A stretch of DNA of 64,000 nt from Syntrophomonadaceae bacterium (GTDB lineage Bacteria > Bacillota > Dethiobacteria > SKNC01), in NCBI GenBank assembly GCA_003555415.1, contig PWHX01000012.1:13053-77052 (forward strand), read 5' to 3'. Below, one piece after another: positions 22,052 through 32,671 of the stretch. The position numbers and the translations under genes were made by a program. The notes under the pieces were generated by a model that was not told the origin of the DNA, did not search any database, and was given only the letters and a program-made list of their open reading frames with translations. The first letter of the stretch is position 1; every line of letters begins with the position of its first letter.

Positions 22052-23074
22052 TTGACTACCCTTGTAGCTTCAATAATAATTTTTGGGTTATTAATATTTT
22101 TTCATGAGTTCGGGCATTTTATCGTGGCTAAAAAGGTAGGTATCGGTGTTTTGGAGTTTGCCATTGGCTTTGGCCCAAAGATCTTTTCTTTTGAAAAGGA
22201 TGGCACCAAATATTCTTTACGAGCTTTGCCCCTGGGGGGGTTTTGCCGTTTAAAGGGGGAAGATCCTGAAGAAGTAAATGAAGAAGATAGTTTTCAGGGA
22301 AAATCCTTAAGGGACAGGTTTGCGGTTATTGTTGCCGGACCTATAATGAATTTTGTCCTAGCTATTCTACTATTTTTTCTAATATATTTCTTTATATTTG
22401 GAGTTCCTATAGGTGAGTCCACCCGGATTGGAGAAGTCCTTCCTGAGGGTGAGGCATCTAAAGTTGGCATGCAAACAGGGGATGAGATAACTGCCATTAA
22501 TGAAAAAGAAGTAGGTAAATGGGATGAAGTTGTTGGTATCATTAACGATAATCCTGAAAAGGAAATAGCTATAAGTTTCCAGAGAAATGATAAGAATATG
22601 GAGGTTACAGTAGTTCCCCAGCCAGATCCTCAGACTGATAAGGGCCTTATAGGGATAGCTCCTGAGACCAGGAAATATGCTCTTTTTAGTTCTATCGGTA
22701 TGGGAATAAGTAACACCTGGTGGTTTACTCAGTTTATAGTAGTAAGTATTGGTGAAATAATAACCGGTCAAATAGAAGCAGATGTCGCCGGGCCTATAGG
22801 TATTGTTCAGATGGTGGGGGAAGTAGCTGAAACAGGGGTTTCTAACCTGATGACTTTGGCAGCGATTCTCAGTATCCACCTGGGGTTGTTAAACCTTTTA
22901 CCAATTCCTGCTTTAGACGGGAGCAGGTTAATGTTTTTCCTATTGGAAGGAATAAGGGGAAAACCGGTAGATCCAAACAAAGAAAGTTTTATTCATTTCA
23001 TAGGTTTTACCCTTCTAATATTATTGATGGTATTTATTGCTTTTAGTGACCTGGCAAGACTGGATATTTTCTGA
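22052..23074 (+). CDS. rseP: RIP metalloprotease RseP/RasP (M50 site-2 protease)
   Basis: 340-aa ORF with the HEFGHF zinc motif in TM1, a central PDZ-like segment, and NLLPIPALDG. Confidence 0.93.
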   Translation: MTTLVASIIIFGLLIFFHEFGHFIVAKKVGIGVLEFAIGFGPKIFSFEKDGTKYSLRALPLGGFCRLKGEDPEEVNEEDSFQGKSLRDRFAVIVAGPIMNFVLAILLFFLIYFFIFGVPIGESTRIGEVLPEGEASKVGMQTGDEITAINEKEVGKWDEVVGIINDNPEKEIAISFQRNDKNMEVTVVPQPDPQTDKGLIGIAPETRKYALFSSIGMGISNTWWFTQFIVVSIGEIITGQIEADVAGPIGIVQMVGEVAETGVSNLMTLAAILSIHLGLLNLLPIPALDGSRLMFFLLEGIRGKPVDPNKESFIHFIGFTLLILLMVFIAFSDLARLDIF

Positions 23075-23101
23075 CCACAGTAAAAAAAATGAGGGTGACG
23101 A

Positions 23102-24214
23102 ATGGTGGAAAGAAATAAAACATTACAGGTTAAGGCTGGAAACGTGCTTATAGGGGGAGGTTCCACAATAAGCATACAGTCTATGACTAATACAGATACA
23201 AGGGATGTTGAAGCTACAGTTAAACAGATTAAGCTGCTGGAAGAAGTAGGGTGTGAGCTGGTTAGAGTTGCTGTTCCCGATGAAGAGGCTGCAGGGGTTT
23301 TGGGAGCAATAAAAAAAAGAATAAATATTCCCCTTATAGCAGATATCCACTTTAATCACAGGTTGGCTTTAACAGCCCTGGAGGAAGGGGTAGACAAGGT
23401 AAGGGTAAATCCTGGAAATATAGGGAGCAGGGAAAGAGTTAAAGAAGTGGTTAATTCTGCCCGGGATAAAGGTGTTCCCATCAGGATAGGAGTTAATGCC
23501 GGCTCTGTTGAGAAGTCAATATTAGAAAAATATGGTGCGCCAACGGCTGAAGCCCTGGCAGAGTCAGCCATGGGCCATGTAAGGCTGTTGGAGGAATTAA
23601 ATTTCAAGGATATAGTTATTTCTTTAAAGGCTGCAGAAGTAGAGAAAATGATTAAGGCTTACCTGTTAATTTCTAAAAGGGTTGATTATCCCCTTCACCT
23701 TGGAGTTACAGAAGCCGGAACTTTTATGCGGGCTGCAGTTAAGTCTTCTGTTGGTATGGGGCACCTGTTACTAAATGGGATTGGTGATACTATAAGGGTA
23801 TCAATTACTGGGGATCCCCTGGAGGAGATAATGGTTGCAAGGGAAATACTCAGGTCTACAGGTTTGAGGCTAATAGGCCCAGAAATAATATCATGTCCTA
23901 CCTGTGGAAGATGTGAGATAGGCTTAATATCCCTGGCAGAAGAGGTGGAGAGAAGAGTCCGATTTATTAAGCATCCTATCAAACTGGCTATTATGGGTTG
24001 TGTGGTTAATGGCCCCGGCGAGGCCAGGGGGGCGGATATAGGTATTGCCGGTGGTAGAGGAGCTGGTGTTTTATTTAAGAAGGGAAAAGTTTTGAGAAAA
24101 GTACCAGAGGATAAGCTTGTAGAAGAGTTAATGGGAGAGGTGGATACTTATTTAAGTGAGCAGGGACATAATAACATAGTTAAAGCAGATAAGCTTGAAA
24201 CGGAGGGTAAATAA
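23102..24214 (+). CDS. ispG: 4-hydroxy-3-methylbut-2-en-1-yl diphosphate synthase
   Basis: 370-aa ORF with a GcpE-like TIM-barrel half and the cluster cysteines ISCPTCGRC and [10 protein letters not shown]. Confidence 0.95.
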   Translation: MVERNKTLQVKAGNVLIGGGSTISIQSMTNTDTRDVEATVKQIKLLEEVGCELVRVAVPDEEAAGVLGAIKKRINIPLIADIHFNHRLALTALEEGVDKVRVNPGNIGSRERVKEVVNSARDKGVPIRIGVNAGSVEKSILEKYGAPTAEALAESAMGHVRLLEELNFKDIVISLKAAEVEKMIKAYLLISKRVDYPLHLGVTEAGTFMRAAVKSSVGMGHLLLNGIGDTIRVSITGDPLEEIMVAREILRSTGLRLIGPEIISCPTCGRCEIGLISLAEEVERRVRFIKHPIKLAIMGCVVNGPGEARGADIGIAGGRGAGVLFKKGKVLRKVPEDKLVEELMGEVDTYLSEQGHNNIVKADKLETEGK

Positions 24215-24218
24215 GTAT

Positions 24219-24860
24219 ATGAAGGCTATAGCCATTATTCCTGCCTTTAATGAAGAAAAGACCATAGGTGATATTATAGTAACTTTAAAAGATGTACCTC
24301 TGGTAAAAGATATAATTGTAGTAAGCGATGGTTCAACCGATGGAACAGTAGAGGTGGCCGAAGCCCTGGGGTCTAAAGTTATAGAGCTTTCAGAGAACAG
24401 GGGTAAGGGTGGAGCTATGAAGGCTGGCCTGGACTGCACAGCTGCGGAAATAATATTATTTCTAGATGCTGACCTGATAGGTTTGACCAAAAAGCATGTT
24501 TGTGATCTGCTAGAACCTGTTATCAGCCAGGAAGCTGAAATGACCATAGGTGTTTTCGAGAAGGGCAGAGTAGCTACTGATCTTGCTCAGAGAGTAGCAC
24601 CTTATTTGTCCGGACAGAGGGCAGTTAAGCGTTCTGTTTTAGAGAACATATCAGATATAGATATGGCCAGGTTTGGAGTTGAAGTAGCTTTAACCAGGTA
24701 TCTTGAATCAAGTAATGTTAAGGTAAAGCAGGTTCTTTTGGATGATATGTCTCATGTTATGAAGGAAGAAAAGCTTGGAGTGGTTAGAGGGTTTGCAGCT
24801 AGAATCAAAATGTACTGGGAAATTGTAAAATACCTGGTAAGTAAGGAAAGCGTTAGATAG
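24219..24860 (+). CDS. small GT-A fold (family 2-like) glycosyltransferase
   Basis: MKAIAIIPAFNEEKTIG, VVSDGSTDGT and the DxD motif LDAD. GGAGGG precedes the ATG at 24219; the ORF track starts at 24195. Confidence 0.75.
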   Translation: MKAIAIIPAFNEEKTIGDIIVTLKDVPLVKDIIVVSDGSTDGTVEVAEALGSKVIELSENRGKGGAMKAGLDCTAAEIILFLDADLIGLTKKHVCDLLEPVISQEAEMTIGVFEKGRVATDLAQRVAPYLSGQRAVKRSVLENISDIDMARFGVEVALTRYLESSNVKVKQVLLDDMSHVMKEEKLGVVRGFAARIKMYWEIVKYLVSKESVR

Positions 24861-24881
24861 CGGAGTTATTCCAGGTTTATC

Positions 24882-24910
24882 TTGCACAAACATCCTGTTT
24901 ATGGTACAAT
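24882..24910 (+). promoter_or_regulatory. sigma-A promoter of the rimP-nusA-infB operon
   Basis: TTGCAC, 17-nt spacer, TGgTACAAT (extended -10). Confidence 0.6.
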
Positions 24911-24940
24911 ATATAAAGAAATTTATCCGGGGTCTTTAAG

Positions 24941-24972
24941 AAGAGTGGGGTTTCCCACTCTTTCGTATTAAT
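24941..24972 (+). terminator. leader hairpin with an interrupted T-tract (candidate NusA-dependent attenuator)
   Basis: 9-bp stem AAGAGTGGG/CCCACTCTT with loop GTTT, followed by TCGTATTAATTT. It lies between the promoter and the rimP start. Confidence 0.5.
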
Positions 24973-25007
24973 TTAAGTATATTTATCCTGACAGGAGGAT
25001 TCTGGTA

Positions 25008-25472
25008 TTGGGCAAAAAAGAAATTCAGCAAACTGTTGAAAAAATAGTTGAGCCTGTTTTAGTAGAAAATGATTACGAACTTGTAGATATAGAGTTTATC
25101 AAAGAGGGTAAGAATTGGTTCCTAAGGGTATATATTGATAAATCAGATGGAATTACCCTTGATGATTGTCAGTTTGTTAACCGGGAATTAAGTGAAACAT
25201 TAGACCAGGAAGATCCTATACCGCAAAGCTATTACTTAGAAGTTTCATCTCCTGGTTTAGAACGTCCCTTAAAGAAAGAAAGTGATTTTGAAAGGTTTAA
25301 AGGCAGTAAGATTAAGGTAAAAACATACATCTTAATTAATAAACAGAAAAAATTCACAGGAATATTACAGGATTGTAAAGATGGATTAGTTCAGCTGCAG
25401 TTGGATACAGGGGATAATGTTTCTATTCCTTTTGATAAAATAGCTAAAGCAAATTTATTTTTTGATTTTTAA
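25008..25472 (+). CDS. rimP: ribosome maturation factor RimP
   Basis: 154-aa ORF with LRVYIDK..GITLDDC and EVSSPGLERPL motifs. TTG start after AGGAGG. Confidence 0.92.
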   Translation: MGKKEIQQTVEKIVEPVLVENDYELVDIEFIKEGKNWFLRVYIDKSDGITLDDCQFVNRELSETLDQEDPIPQSYYLEVSSPGLERPLKKESDFERFKGSKIKVKTYILINKQKKFTGILQDCKDGLVQLQLDTGDNVSIPFDKIAKANLFFDF

Positions 25473-25498
25473 AAAGTGCCCTTTTAGGAGGTTTGAGG

Positions 25499-26692
25499 AT
25501 GAATTATGAATTTATTGAAGCGTTGGAGCAGATAGCTAAAGAAAAGGGTATAAGTAAGGAAATACTTTTTGAAGCTATTGAAGCTGCTCTCATTTCTGCT
25601 TACAAGAAAAATTTTAACACGGCACCTAATGTTAAAGTTCACATAGATAGAGATTCCGGTCAAATAAAAGTATTTTCTTGTATGGAAGTGGTAGAAGAAG
25701 TTCAAGACTTACAGCAGGAAATTACTCTGGAAGAAGCCCGAAAACATAGTTCTATATATCAACTGGGTGATATTGTGGATATAGAAGTTACTCCAAAGAA
25801 TTTCGGTAGAATTGCTGCCCAAACAGCTAAACAGGTAGTAATTCAAAGAATAAGAGAAGCTGAGAGAGAAATTATTTTTGAAGAATATGTTGACCGGGAA
25901 GACGATATAATAACAGGCATTGTTCAGCGTACCGACCAGAAAAACATAATTATTGATCTGGGCAGGACAGAGGCTATATTAGCTCCTACAGAACAAATGC
26001 CCACCGAAGCATATACCCAGGGAGACCGTATTAAGACATATGTGGTAGAGGTAAAGAAAACGACAAAAGGACCTCAAATTATGGTTTCCAGGACACACCC
26101 GGGATTATTAAAACGTTTGTTTGAACTGGAGGTACCGGAAATATTTGATGGCACAGTAGAAATAAGGGCAGTTTCCCGGGAGGCAGGCCATCGGTCTAAA
26201 CTTTCTGTATATTCCAGCAATGAAGAGGTAGACCCGGTAGGCTCCTGCGTAGGGCCTAAGGGGGCCAGGGTTCAAACTATTGTTAATGAGCTTAAAGGAG
26301 AAAAAATAGATATTATTAAATGGAGTGAAGACCCCAAAGAGTATGTATCCAATTCGTTAAGCCCGGCCAAAGTTATGTCTGTAGAAATAAAGGAAGATGA
26401 AAAGGTTGCCAATGTGGTTGTTCCTGATTATCAACTTTCACTGGCTATAGGTAAAGAAGGGCAAAATGCCAGGTTGGCTGCAAAATTAACTGGCTGGAAA
26501 ATAGACATAACTAGTGAGTCTCAGGCTAAGGTACTGTTAGATGTTAACGATGGAATTCGGGAGGATAATAATGTTCTAGAAGAGGAAGAAAAGCCTGTGG
26601 AAACATTTTACTCTGAAGAAGAAAATCATGATGATGAAAAAGAAGATCATAACGGGGCTCAAGAGTTTAACGAAGAAGAGATAGAAAGCTAA
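25499..26692 (+). CDS. nusA: transcription termination/antitermination factor NusA
   Basis: MNYEFIEALEQIAKEKGIS, followed by S1 and two KH regions (AIGKEGQNARLAAKLTGWKIDI) and an acidic C-terminal tail. AGGAGG sits 7 nt upstream of the ATG at 25499. Confidence 0.96.
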   Translation: MNYEFIEALEQIAKEKGISKEILFEAIEAALISAYKKNFNTAPNVKVHIDRDSGQIKVFSCMEVVEEVQDLQQEITLEEARKHSSIYQLGDIVDIEVTPKNFGRIAAQTAKQVVIQRIREAEREIIFEEYVDREDDIITGIVQRTDQKNIIIDLGRTEAILAPTEQMPTEAYTQGDRIKTYVVEVKKTTKGPQIMVSRTHPGLLKRLFELEVPEIFDGTVEIRAVSREAGHRSKLSVYSSNEEVDPVGSCVGPKGARVQTIVNELKGEKIDIIKWSEDPKEYVSNSLSPAKVMSVEIKEDEKVANVVVPDYQLSLAIGKEGQNARLAAKLTGWKIDITSESQAKVLLDVNDGIREDNNVLEEEEKPVETFYSEEENHDDEKEDHNGAQEFNEEEIES

Positions 26693-26727
26693 ATTTAACT
26701 TTTTAACTTAAAGAGGAGGAAGGTGAA

Positions 26728-27006
26728 ATGGCCAGAAAAAGAAAAGTTCCTCTAAGAGTTTGTATAGGATGTCAGAAGAAAATACCAAAAAAAAACCTGA
26801 TAAGAGTTGTAAGAACGCCTGAAGATACAGTTGAAGTTGATTTTAAAGGGAAACGTTCTGGCCGTGGAACATATGTTTGTCCCAGTATAGATTGTTTACG
26901 TCAGGCGGTAAAAGGTAAAAGAATAGAAAAAAATCTTCAGCGTTCGGTGTCACCAGAGATAATAAATGAACTGGAAAAAGCACTGGAAGAAGGACAAGAA
27001 GAATAG
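26728..27006 (+). CDS. ylxR: YlxR/RnpM family (DUF448) RNA-binding protein
   Basis: 92-aa ORF with RVCIGCQKK and GRGTYVCP motifs. Its position between nusA and infB is canonical. Confidence 0.88.
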   Translation: MARKRKVPLRVCIGCQKKIPKKNLIRVVRTPEDTVEVDFKGKRSGRGTYVCPSIDCLRQAVKGKRIEKNLQRSVSPEIINELEKALEEGQEE

Positions 27007-27073
27007 TTTTTTCTTGGAGGAGATTTATATGGCCAATTCTTATAAGGAGGTCAAAATAATGGAGGTGTAGTAA

Positions 27074-29122
27074 ATGGAAAAAATCAGGGTGTACCAGTTA
27101 GCTAAAAGGTTAGGCCTCCCCAGTCGGGATCTAATCTCAGTTTTAAAAGACTTAGATATAACTGTTAAAAATCATATGAGTAGTATAGATGATGAAACTG
27201 CAAAGACGGTTACAGAGATATTAACCGGTAAGAAGGAAGACAAAAAAGTAGATAAGACAGAGGATAAGAAGGAAGGTAGCAGTGGTAATATGGCTGAAAT
27301 ATCAGCAGAAACTAAAGAAAAGCATTCGGCAAAGGAAAAACCAGCTAAGAAGAAGCAAGCAGGACAGAAAGAGTTAATAGTAGAGGGTCCCCAAATAGTT
27401 AAAGACTTAGCTGAAGAAATGAATATTTCTCCAAACGCACTTATTTCTAAGCTGATATCTATGGGCATCATGGCTAATATAAATCAAGAGATTGATCTGG
27501 ATACCATACAAGTTCTTGCAGATGAATTGGGATTTAATGTGGAAATAAAAACTCCGGAACCTAAAGAAGAAGATATAGTTATTTTTGAAGAAAAAATAGA
27601 AGTGAAAAGTGAGAACCTCAGGCCAAGGCCCCCTGTAGTTACGGTTTTGGGACATGTCGATCACGGAAAAACTTCTTTACTGGATGCCGTAAGGAAAACC
27701 AAGGTCATGGATCAGGAAGCCGGTGGAATTACACAGCATATAGGAGCTTACCAGGCATTAATAAACAACGAAAAAATTGTTTTCCTGGACACACCAGGTC
27801 ACGAGGCATTTACTTCTATGAGAGCAAGAGGCGCCCAAGTAACAGATATTGCTATTCTGGTAGTAGCTGCTGATGATGGTATTATGCCCCAAACGGTAGA
27901 AGCTATAAATCACGTTAAGGCTGCTGGTGTTCCTATTATTGTAGCTGTTAATAAACTTGATAAGCCTGATGCTAATCCAGATAAGGTTAAACAGCAACTA
28001 ACTGAATATGGTCTGGTTCCCGAGGAATGGGGGGGAGACACAATTTGTGTTCCCGTTTCAGCTAAAAAGCATGAGGGAATAGAAGCTTTACTGGAAATGG
28101 TTCTTTTGGTATCTGAAATGGCGGAGTTAAATGCCGATCCCTCTATTCCCGCCAGGGGAACGGTTGTAGAAGCTAAGCTGGATAAGGGTAGAGGTCCTGT
28201 AGCCACTGTGTTGATCCAAAACGGTACACTTAAAGCAGGGGACTCCTTGGTGTGTGGTCACATATATGGAAAAGTAAGAGCCATGATTAACGATAAAGGA
28301 CAGCAGGTAAAATCAGCTACTCCTTCTATGCCGGTAGAGGTTCTAGGTTTCTCGGAAATTCCCGAAGCGGGAGATATATTCCAGATCGTTACTAATGATA
28401 AGAAGGCCCGTCAGATAGCTGAAAAAAGGGCTGAAAAAAAGAGGGAGGCAGAACTTCATAAAACCAGGAAAGTATCCCTTGATGATTTGTATAAACACAT
28501 TAAAGAAGGCGAAGTCAAAGAGCTTAATTTAATTATTAAAGGTGATGTTCAGGGATCGGTAGAAGCTTTAAAGGACTCGCTGCTTAAAATAGAAGATGAA
28601 GAGGTGGGGCTACAGGTAATTCACAGTGGTGTTGGTGCTATAACTGAATCGGATGTCATGTTAGCTACTGCTTCAAATGCAATAATAATAGGGTTTAATA
28701 TAAGGCCTGAACCTAATGCCCGCAAGATGGCTGAATCAGAAAATGTACAGATTAAAATGTATCGTGTGATTTATGAAGTTATAGATGAAATCAAGGCAGC
28801 AATGACCGGGCTTCTTGATCCAAAATATGAAGAGGTTGTCCTGGGAAGGGCTGAGGTTCGTCAAACCTTTAAAGTTTCTAGACTTGGCATTATTGCCGGT
28901 TGTTATATAACCGATGGAAAAATTACCCGGGATTCCGGTGTAAGGGTTATTCGGGATGGTACTGTTGTTCATGAAGGTACTATTAGTTCCCTGAAACGTT
29001 TTAAAGAAGATGTACGGGAAGTTGTGCAAGGATATGAATGTGGCCTGATGCTAGAGAAGTTTAACGATATAAAAGAGGAAGATATTTTAGAAACTTTTGT
29101 AATGAGAGAAGTAAAGAGTTAA
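27074..29122 (+). CDS. infB: translation initiation factor IF-2
   Basis: 682-aa ORF with the G-domain motifs [20 protein letters not shown] and NKLD. Confidence 0.97.
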   Translation: MEKIRVYQLAKRLGLPSRDLISVLKDLDITVKNHMSSIDDETAKTVTEILTGKKEDKKVDKTEDKKEGSSGNMAEISAETKEKHSAKEKPAKKKQAGQKELIVEGPQIVKDLAEEMNISPNALISKLISMGIMANINQEIDLDTIQVLADELGFNVEIKTPEPKEEDIVIFEEKIEVKSENLRPRPPVVTVLGHVDHGKTSLLDAVRKTKVMDQEAGGITQHIGAYQALINNEKIVFLDTPGHEAFTSMRARGAQVTDIAILVVAADDGIMPQTVEAINHVKAAGVPIIVAVNKLDKPDANPDKVKQQLTEYGLVPEEWGGDTICVPVSAKKHEGIEALLEMVLLVSEMAELNADPSIPARGTVVEAKLDKGRGPVATVLIQNGTLKAGDSLVCGHIYGKVRAMINDKGQQVKSATPSMPVEVLGFSEIPEAGDIFQIVTNDKKARQIAEKRAEKKREAELHKTRKVSLDDLYKHIKEGEVKELNLIIKGDVQGSVEALKDSLLKIEDEEVGLQVIHSGVGAITESDVMLATASNAIIIGFNIRPEPNARKMAESENVQIKMYRVIYEVIDEIKAAMTGLLDPKYEEVVLGRAEVRQTFKVSRLGIIAGCYITDGKITRDSGVRVIRDGTVVHEGTISSLKRFKEDVREVVQGYECGLMLEKFNDIKEEDILETFVMREVKS

Positions 29123-29137
29123 CTTCCGGAGGGAATA

Positions 29138-29419
29138 ATGATTATTGGGGTTTGCAGGGTAGAGATGTTTCTTTCCAGTCCTAATACTTTAAAAGAAAAG
29201 CGAAGTGTGTTAAAAGGTATGCTTACTAAGTTTAGAAATAAATATAATGTTTCTGTGGCGGAAATAGAAAATCAGGATAAGTGGCAAAGGACTACCATTG
29301 CTGTAGTTTGCGTAGGTAATGATTCGCAATTTATTAACAAGGTAACGGGACAAATTATTAATGAATTTGAAAATTTTAAAGATGGGCATATAATAAGTTA
29401 TGATATAGAATTAATATAA
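29138..29419 (+). CDS. ylxP: DUF503 family protein (YlxP-like)
   Basis: 93-aa ORF in the canonical slot between infB and rbfA. The start [12 protein letters not shown]... is typical of DUF503. Confidence 0.8.
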   Translation: MIIGVCRVEMFLSSPNTLKEKRSVLKGMLTKFRNKYNVSVAEIENQDKWQRTTIAVVCVGNDSQFINKVTGQIINEFENFKDGHIISYDIELI

Positions 29420-29438
29420 ATATTTTGGGGGTATGGAG

Positions 29439-29816
29439 ATGGCAGCACAAAAGCCAAGAGCCCATAGAGTCGGCGAAGAGATTAAAAAAGAAGTAAGCCA
29501 GATCTTGCAAAACGAAATAAAGGACCCCAGGCTTACCGGTTTTTTAAGTGTGACACAGGTTGAGGTAACAAATGATCTGGGTTATGCTCGTATTTTCGTA
29601 AGTATTTATGGGACAGAAGAGGAAAAACAATTAACTCTAAAAGCATTAGAAAGTGCTCTGGGATTTATACGTTCTGAAACAGGTAAAAGGATTCGGTTAA
29701 GGCATGTTCCTGAAATAAGCTTTCAGTTGGATGAATCTATTGAATATGGAGCTCATATTTCAGAAATACTAAAAGACTTAAAAGAAAAAGAAGGCAAGGG
29801 AGAAGACAGTGACTGA
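29439..29816 (+). CDS. rbfA: ribosome-binding factor A
   Basis: [23 protein letters not shown]... GGGGG sits 7 nt upstream of the ATG at 29439; the ORF track starts at 29433. Confidence 0.93.
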   Translation: MAAQKPRAHRVGEEIKKEVSQILQNEIKDPRLTGFLSVTQVEVTNDLGYARIFVSIYGTEEEKQLTLKALESALGFIRSETGKRIRLRHVPEISFQLDESIEYGAHISEILKDLKEKEGKGEDSD

Positions 29817-30792
29817 AAAAGATTTAATGAAAGCTGCAGATCTGCTTCAAAAAGATAATAATATTCTTATTGCCTCTCATCTTAATCCCGACGGTGATAG
29901 TGTAGGCTCTGCATTGGCTCTGACCCTGGCTTTAAAAGGTTTAGATAAAAAAGTTTCTTTGACAACTATAGAGCCGGTGCCATCTAAATATCTTTTTCTT
30001 CCTCAGACAGAATTGGTTAAAGAATGGAAGGAAGTAGAAGGGGATCATTTTAACTTATTTGTGGTTCTAGACTGTAGTGATTTAAAACGGCTTGAACCTC
30101 TCAGCGATTATTTATCCAAAAAAGATCAGCTGTTAAATATTGACCATCATGTAACTAATCAGTATTTTGGTTTTTATAATTATGTGAATCCTCAGGCAAG
30201 CTCTGTAGGGGAAATTATATTTGAGCTCTTGAAACTGATGAAAATAGAAATAAACTACGAGATAGCCTTGTGCCTTTATGTAGCTATTTCCACGGACACC
30301 GGTTCCTTTAAGTTCTCTAATACTACTCCAAGAACTCACCGTATAGTAGCGGAATTAATAGAATTAGGGGTTGACCCTGCTGAAGTTAACCGAAATGTTT
30401 ATGAGAATGTATCTAAAGGTGGAGTTATGTTAATACGAGAAGCTCTGAAAACCTTGGAGTTTGACTGCCAGGATAAGATTGCTTACCTGACCATTACTAG
30501 AAAAATTATGGAAAAGGCAGGAGCCAGGGAGGAAGATACCGAGGGTATAATAAATTATGCCAGGAACATTAGGGGAGTTGAGGTAGGTATTCTTTTCAGA
30601 GAAATTAGTAAGGGGAAAACAAGGGTTGCCTTCCGCTCCCACGATGTAGATGTTAGTAAGTTGGCTGCTATATATGAAGGGGGAGGTCATCCCCGGGCTG
30701 CAGGCTGTCAGGTAGATAAAGATTTGGCTACAGTTAGAAGGGTAGTTCTAAAGCAGGCCAGACTTTTCATTAATGATTTGAAAAATAAGTAA
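29809..30792 (+). CDS. nrnA: DHH/DHHA1 phosphoesterase (NrnA-like oligoribonuclease / pAp phosphatase)
   Basis: 327-aa ORF with [16 protein letters not shown] and GGGHPRAAG motifs. GTG start overlaps the end of rbfA. Confidence 0.85.
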   Translation: MTEKDLMKAADLLQKDNNILIASHLNPDGDSVGSALALTLALKGLDKKVSLTTIEPVPSKYLFLPQTELVKEWKEVEGDHFNLFVVLDCSDLKRLEPLSDYLSKKDQLLNIDHHVTNQYFGFYNYVNPQASSVGEIIFELLKLMKIEINYEIALCLYVAISTDTGSFKFSNTTPRTHRIVAELIELGVDPAEVNRNVYENVSKGGVMLIREALKTLEFDCQDKIAYLTITRKIMEKAGAREEDTEGIINYARNIRGVEVGILFREISKGKTRVAFRSHDVDVSKLAAIYEGGGHPRAAGCQVDKDLATVRRVVLKQARLFINDLKNK

Positions 30793-30804
30793 ACTGGTGA
30801 TATT

Positions 30805-31707
30805 ATGAACGGATTTTTAAACTTTTTAAAACCAACGGGAATGACTTCACATCAAGGTGTTGCTTACTTTCGAAAAATTTTGGGGGTTAAAAAAGTTGGT
30901 CATGGAGGCACTTTAGACCCTGGTGCAGCCGGGGTTTTACCTATTTGTCTTGGAAAAGGCACTAAGGCTGCAGGGTACTTACTGGAATCCCGCAAAGTGT
31001 ACCGGGCAGAGATGAACCTGGGTATAACTACAGATACACAGGATGCTTATGGAAAAGTATTAAAAGTCTCTTCATTTAAAGGTATAACACCCAAAATGGT
31101 AGAAGAAGTAATAAAAATATTTAAGGGAAAGATAATACAGATGCCTCCCATGTTTTCTGCTGTAAAGCATAAAGGTAAACCCTTATATAAACTGGCTCGA
31201 AAAGGTGAAGTCATTCATCGAAAATCTAGAGAGGCTTTTATTTATTCAATAGATATTATTGATATAGATATTCCCAAGATAATTTTTGATGTGGATTGTT
31301 CTAAGGGTACTTATGTAAGAACGTTAGTTTCTGATATGGGAGAAAAGCTGGGTGTTGGAGCTCATCTTTCTTTCCTTTTAAGGATCAAATCCGGCCCCTT
31401 TCACATTAATAATGCATTTACAAAGGAAGAAGTAAAAGACTTATTTCAAAGAAACCAGGTTAAAGAGTTTTTAATACCCCTGGATACAGCTTTTACTCAT
31501 TTACCGGAAGCAGTTATAAAAGATAATGCCCTCCGTACTTTTATTAACGGTAATTCCCAGCCTCTTTCCAGCTTGCAAAAGTATGAGATATCAGATAAGA
31601 TGGTAAGGGTTTACTCCTCTTCCGGCGAATTTCTGGCTCTAGGGAAATGGCAGGGCCTATACCCAAAAATTGAATTGAAACCGGAAAAACTTTTTTTAAA
31701 TAACTGA
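30805..31707 (+). CDS. truB: tRNA pseudouridine(55) synthase
   Basis: 300-aa ORF with GHGGTLDPGAAGVLP containing the catalytic Asp. Confidence 0.95.
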   Translation: MNGFLNFLKPTGMTSHQGVAYFRKILGVKKVGHGGTLDPGAAGVLPICLGKGTKAAGYLLESRKVYRAEMNLGITTDTQDAYGKVLKVSSFKGITPKMVEEVIKIFKGKIIQMPPMFSAVKHKGKPLYKLARKGEVIHRKSREAFIYSIDIIDIDIPKIIFDVDCSKGTYVRTLVSDMGEKLGVGAHLSFLLRIKSGPFHINNAFTKEEVKDLFQRNQVKEFLIPLDTAFTHLPEAVIKDNALRTFINGNSQPLSSLQKYEISDKMVRVYSSSGEFLALGKWQGLYPKIELKPEKLFLNN

Positions 31708-31720
31708 GGAGAGAGGTCAA

Positions 31721-32671
31721 ATGGAAGTACTATATGGGATAGATGAGTATATCAATGACCAACCCCTAATTCTGGCTCTGGGAAATTTTGATGGCCTTCA
31801 TTTGGGGCATCGACAAATTTTAAAAGCTGCTCAAAAAAAAGCAAAAGAACTAGATGCCAGAAGTGGAATATTAATTTTCAATCCTCATCCTCTTAACGTT
31901 ATTAATGGCCCACAAGAAACCCCCCTTTTAACACCTCTTCCCGCAAAACTTAAATTAATTGAAGAAATGGGAATAGACCTGGCTATAATCTTACCTTTTG
32001 ATCAAGAATTTGCAAGTATTTTTCCTGAAGACTTTGTAAGGAAATTTCTGATTAATAAATTAAAAATCAAAGGAGTAGTAATTGGTTTTGATTATTCCTT
32101 TGGTTATCGCGGCTTGGGTAAGGCTGATGATTTAAAGAATCTGGCAAAGCGTTTTGGTTTTCAAGTGGAGATTGTTAATCCGGTTTTAGTGGATAATAGA
32201 ATTGTTAGTAGTTCTCTTATCCGAAATTTAATAAAGTCTGGTGAAGTAAATGTAGCTTGCCGTTACCTGGGATATTATCCCTTTATAGAAGGTAAAGTAA
32301 TAGAAGGAGAAGGCAGAGGTAAATTTTTAGGTTATCCTACGGCTAATTTAAGCGTTGATAAGAACGTGGTTGTGCCGGGAAATGGTGTTTACCTTACTTT
32401 AACCTGTTTACGGGGTAACAACTATTACAGCTTAACAAATATAGGCTACAACCCTACTTTCAAAGGTAAATTTAGAAACATAGAAGTACATATGATGAAA
32501 TTTCAAGGAAATATTTATAACCATGAATTAAGATTAAAATTTGTGCAAAAAATAAGAGCTGAAAGAACATTTTCTAATTCTGAAGAATTAAAGGAACAAA
32601 TTGGTAAGGACTTTAAGGTTGCTAAAGAAATAATAAAAAGATGCTTTCTTTACAAGAATATACAGTTGTGA
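31721..32671 (+). CDS. ribF: bifunctional riboflavin kinase / FAD synthetase
   Basis: 316-aa ORF with GNFDGLHLGH at the N-terminus and GRGKFLGYPTANL in the kinase half. Confidence 0.95.
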   Translation: MEVLYGIDEYINDQPLILALGNFDGLHLGHRQILKAAQKKAKELDARSGILIFNPHPLNVINGPQETPLLTPLPAKLKLIEEMGIDLAIILPFDQEFASIFPEDFVRKFLINKLKIKGVVIGFDYSFGYRGLGKADDLKNLAKRFGFQVEIVNPVLVDNRIVSSSLIRNLIKSGEVNVACRYLGYYPFIEGKVIEGEGRGKFLGYPTANLSVDKNVVVPGNGVYLTLTCLRGNNYYSLTNIGYNPTFKGKFRNIEVHMMKFQGNIYNHELRLKFVQKIRAERTFSNSEELKEQIGKDFKVAKEIIKRCFLYKNIQL

